Assembly (NCBI GenBank): GCA_052390255.1
Contig: JBQTHC010000006.1
Span: forward strand, 842-64,841
DNA length: 64,000 nt
From: Microthrixaceae bacterium
GTDB lineage: Bacteria; Actinomycetota; Acidimicrobiia; Acidimicrobiales; VFJN01
Direction of reading: 5' to 3'
Shown here in pieces: positions 61,558 to 64,000 of this stretch. A model generated the notes under the pieces. The model was not told the origin of the DNA. It saw nothing but the letters and a program-made list of their open reading frames with translations, and searched no databases. Both the position numbers and the translations under genes were made by a program. Numbering within the stretch: position 1 is the first letter of the stretch; each line of letters starts with the position of its first letter.

Positions 61558-62565
61558 GTGGCGTCCGACCTGAACCATCGCGTGCTCCTCGCCCAGCGGC
61601 CCGAGGGGCTGGTGCGGGAGGACGACTTCACCCACGACGCGCAGCCGATCCCCGAGCCGGGTGATGGCGAGGTCCTCGTGAAGGTCGAGTGGCTCGGGAT
61701 CGACGCCACCGTTCGGACCTGGCTCTCGAAGGCCGAGGGCTACATCGAGCCGGTCGCGATCGGCGAGGTGGTGCGGGGGAGCGGTGTCGGACGGGTGATC
61801 GCGTCCCGGTCGGACAAGGTGCACGAGGGTCAGCTCGTGGCGACGCTCACGGGGTGGCAGGAGTACGCCGTCGTCGGCGACGACCCGATGCTCACGACGC
61901 CCCTGCAGCCCGACGCGGATCCCCAGGCCGCCCTCGGCGTCTTCGGCGCCAATGGGCTCACCGCGTACGTGGGCCTCGTCGAGATCGGCCGGCCCGCGGC
62001 CGGCGAGACCGTGGTCGTGTCTGCGGCCGCCGGCGCCACCGGCTCGATCGCCGTGCAGATCGCGAAGATCCTCGGCTGCCGGGTCGTCGCCATCGCGGGG
62101 ACCGACGAGAAGTGCGCGTGGCTCGTCGAGGACCTGGGAGCGGACGCGGCGATCAACCATCGCACCGACGACATCCCGTCGCGCTTGCGAGAGCTGTGCC
62201 CGAAGCGGGTCGACGTCTTCTTCGACAACACCGGTGGGCCGATCCTCGACGCGGTCCTCGGCCGTCTCGCCGACCGCGCGCGCGTCGTCCTCTGCGGGGC
62301 CATCTCCTCCTACAACGATCACCACAAGCCGCCCGGCCCTCCGAACTACCTGAACCTCATCGCGCGCCGCGCTCGGATGGAGGGGTTCATCTCGTGGGAC
62401 TACTGGGGGCGGTGGGCCGAGATCACCGAGACGCTCGGCGGGTGGATGGCGGAAGGCCGGTTGCGCCACCGCTCCCACGTGTTCGAGGGCCTCGACGCGG
62501 CCCCACAGGCCCTCAACGCGATGTTCACCGGCGAGAACATCGGCAAGATCGTCATCCGCGTCTGA
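61558..62565 (+). CDS. NADP-dependent oxidoreductase of the medium-chain (MDR, YncB/PTGR-like) family
   Basis: VVSAAAGATGSIAVQIAK nucleotide-binding motif. GTG 61558 has TAGGTT 7 nt upstream, giving 335 aa. Confidence 0.8.
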   Translation: MASDLNHRVLLAQRPEGLVREDDFTHDAQPIPEPGDGEVLVKVEWLGIDATVRTWLSKAEGYIEPVAIGEVVRGSGVGRVIASRSDKVHEGQLVATLTGWQEYAVVGDDPMLTTPLQPDADPQAALGVFGANGLTAYVGLVEIGRPAAGETVVVSAAAGATGSIAVQIAKILGCRVVAIAGTDEKCAWLVEDLGADAAINHRTDDIPSRLRELCPKRVDVFFDNTGGPILDAVLGRLADRARVVLCGAISSYNDHHKPPGPPNYLNLIARRARMEGFISWDYWGRWAEITETLGGWMAEGRLRHRSHVFEGLDAAPQALNAMFTGENIGKIVIRV

Positions 62566-62591
62566 CCCGCGTCTCCTTGTGGGAGCGCTGG

Positions 62592-62608
62592 CGGTTGGCA
62601 CCCAACCG
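62592..62608. terminator. hairpin CGGTTGG-CAC-CCAACCG between convergent genes
   Basis: 7-bp perfect stem in the 69-bp convergent spacer. No clear U-tract is present on either strand. Confidence 0.35.
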
Positions 62609-62634
62609 AGCGCGTGCACAGAGGGGTGGGGCGG

Positions 62635-64000
62635 TCACGCTCGCAGCTGCGCCTCGAGGGTCGCGACGTCCTGCGCAGGGAGCTGGCAGGTGTAGCCGTG
62701 GCACACGTAGGCACGCGCCTCGTCACGGCCGTCCCAGAGCGGGCTGTCGTAGCGCTCGCCCCAGGCCAGCACAGCGTTCGGGAGCAGCGTGCGCCGTGCT
62801 GCCTCGACCAGATCCGGACGGGAGCCGGTGACCACGATCTCCGTGGTGCCGCGCACCGCGAGGTCGACGGCAGCCAGCACGTGACCGAACGCGCTGGGGT
62901 GCTGCACGGCCATCGGGCCCAGCAGGCGCACGATCGCGTGACCCGAGTCGAGGTAGCGCGGTTCGCCGGTCAGCGCTCCGAGCCGGAGCAGGCCGACGGC
63001 GGCGAGGCCGTTCGCGCCCGGCGTCGCATTGTCCATCAGGTCCTTCGGTCGCGCGATGAGCGCCTCGGCGTCGCTGCCGCTGGTGAACACGCCTCCGCGC
63101 TCCCCGTCCCAGAACAGCTCGAGCAGCGCGTCGGCCGTGGTGCGCGCCTCGACGATCCAGCGTGCCTGACCCGTGGCCTCAGCGAGCCGGGTGAAGGCGT
63201 CGATCAGGGCGCCGTGGTCGGTCGCGTAGGCGAGGTGCTTCGCGCCGGCATCTCGTTGCCAGGAGCGCAGCCAGCGGCCGTCGGGTCTGCGGAGGTTGGC
63301 GAGGAGGAACTCCGCCACGCCCACCGCGGCGTCGAGCCATCGCTGCTCCCCGGTGATGGACGACGCTTCCGCGAGTGCCGCAACCAGGTAGGCGTTCCAC
63401 TCCGCCAGCACCTTGTCGTCGAGGCCCGGCCGGGTGCGCGACCCGCGTGCGGCCAACAGCTCGACGCGCGCGCGCTCGATCTCCGCGGTGCGGTGCAGGT
63501 CGCCGACCGCATGCAGCCGGTTGAGGATCGTCGTGCCGTGCTCGAAGTTGCCCGTCGGTCCGAAGCCGTACCACCGGAGGGCACCCTCGGCGCGGTCGCC
63601 GAGCACGGCACGCAGCTCGGACTCGGTCCAGACGTAGAACTTCCCCTCCTCGCCCTCGCTGTCGGCGTCCTCCGCAGATGCGACCCCGCCCTCGGGCAGG
63701 CGCAGGTCTCGCAGCACGTACTCGACGGTCTCGGTCAGCACCTGCTGGAAGCGGGCCTCACCAGTGAGCTGCCAGCCGTGCGCGTACAGACGGATCAGGA
63801 GCGCGTTGTCGTAGAGCATCTTCTCGAAGTGAGGCACGAGCCACACACCATCGACGGCGTACCTCGAGAAGCCGCCGCCGAGGTGGTCGTAGATCCCGCC
63901 GGCCGCCATGTGGTCGAGGGTCGCCACGAGAGCGGCCAGCGCGCGCGCTTCACCGCGCGCGGCAGCGCTCGCGAGCACCTCCTGCGCCATCGGCTGCGGA
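62635..64000 (-). CDS. thioredoxin-domain (DUF255/YyaL-like) protein, C-terminal part (5' end outside the window)
   Basis: GGIYDHLGGGFSRYAVDGVWLVPHFEKMLYDNALL and a six-hairpin glycosidase-like repeat region. The frame stays open past the listed Met to base 64000. Confidence 0.8.
   Translation of the reverse strand, partial: PQPMAQEVLASAAARGEARALAALVATLDHMAAGGIYDHLGGGFSRYAVDGVWLVPHFEKMLYDNALLIRLYAHGWQLTGEARFQQVLTETVEYVLRDLRLPEGGVASAEDADSEGEEGKFYVWTESELRAVLGDRAEGALRWYGFGPTGNFEHGTTILNRLHAVGDLHRTAEIERARVELLAARGSRTRPGLDDKVLAEWNAYLVAALAEASSITGEQRWLDAAVGVAEFLLANLRRPDGRWLRSWQRDAGAKHLAYATDHGALIDAFTRLAEATGQARWIVEARTTADALLELFWDGERGGVFTSGSDAEALIARPKDLMDNATPGANGLAAVGLLRLGALTGEPRYLDSGHAIVRLLGPMAVQHPSAFGHVLAAVDLAVRGTTEIVVTGSRPDLVEAARRTLLPNAVLAWGERYDSPLWDGRDEARAYVCHGYTCQLPAQDVATLEAQLRA

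Noticed and set aside
1-64000. Search by eye for tRNA, rRNA, tmRNA, RNase P RNA, IS elements, integrases and prophage genes.
   Set aside because: No intergenic region is long enough or shows tRNA-like T-arm sequences (GGTTCGAATCC-type). No transposase or integrase motifs appear in any credible ORF. A tRNAscan/Infernal run would be the definitive check.

Overview
High-GC (about 70%) chromosomal core region of an Actinomycetota-type bacterium: SepF, DivIVA/Wag31, MtrAB-LpqB and Bpa are present and FtsA is absent. I call about 60 protein-coding genes. I recognise no rRNA, tRNA, CRISPR array, transposase or integrase. The centrepiece is a complete division/cell-wall (dcw) cluster at about 26.5-44.3 kb: mraZ-rsmH-ftsL-ftsI-murE-mraY-murD-ftsW-murG-murC-murB-ftsQ-ftsZ-pgeF-yggS-sepF-yggT-divIVA. 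murF is missing from its usual slot in this cluster. Downstream are ileS, a DksA/TraR-like gene, lspA, rluD, an Rrf2 regulator, bpa and dnaE. Upstream are central-metabolism genes (ppa, glpK, pfkA, coaA, two ROK kinases), an mtrA-mtrB-lpqB-like operon, dinB and a MoxR-DUF58-transglutaminase operon. Most very long ORFs in the six-frame track are antisense or out-of-frame shadow ORFs typical of high-GC DNA. The observations most worth follow-up are: (1) a membrane-anchored protein downstream of divIVA with two tandem modules and a histone-H1-like AKKA/PVKK tail, matched by a Lys/Ala-rich tail on the DksA-like protein on the other side of ileS; (2) a dense set of palindromes and four GTCCACA (DnaA-box-like) motifs in front of dnaE; (3) an eRF1/Pelota-like protein without GGQ next to a coiled-coil ATPase at the window edge; (4) TANNNT hexamers 6-8 nt upstream of 19 start codons, which implies widespread leaderless mRNAs; (5) a 55-nt nested inverted repeat at 59.2 kb. 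All functional calls rest on reading motifs by eye. No database search was run.
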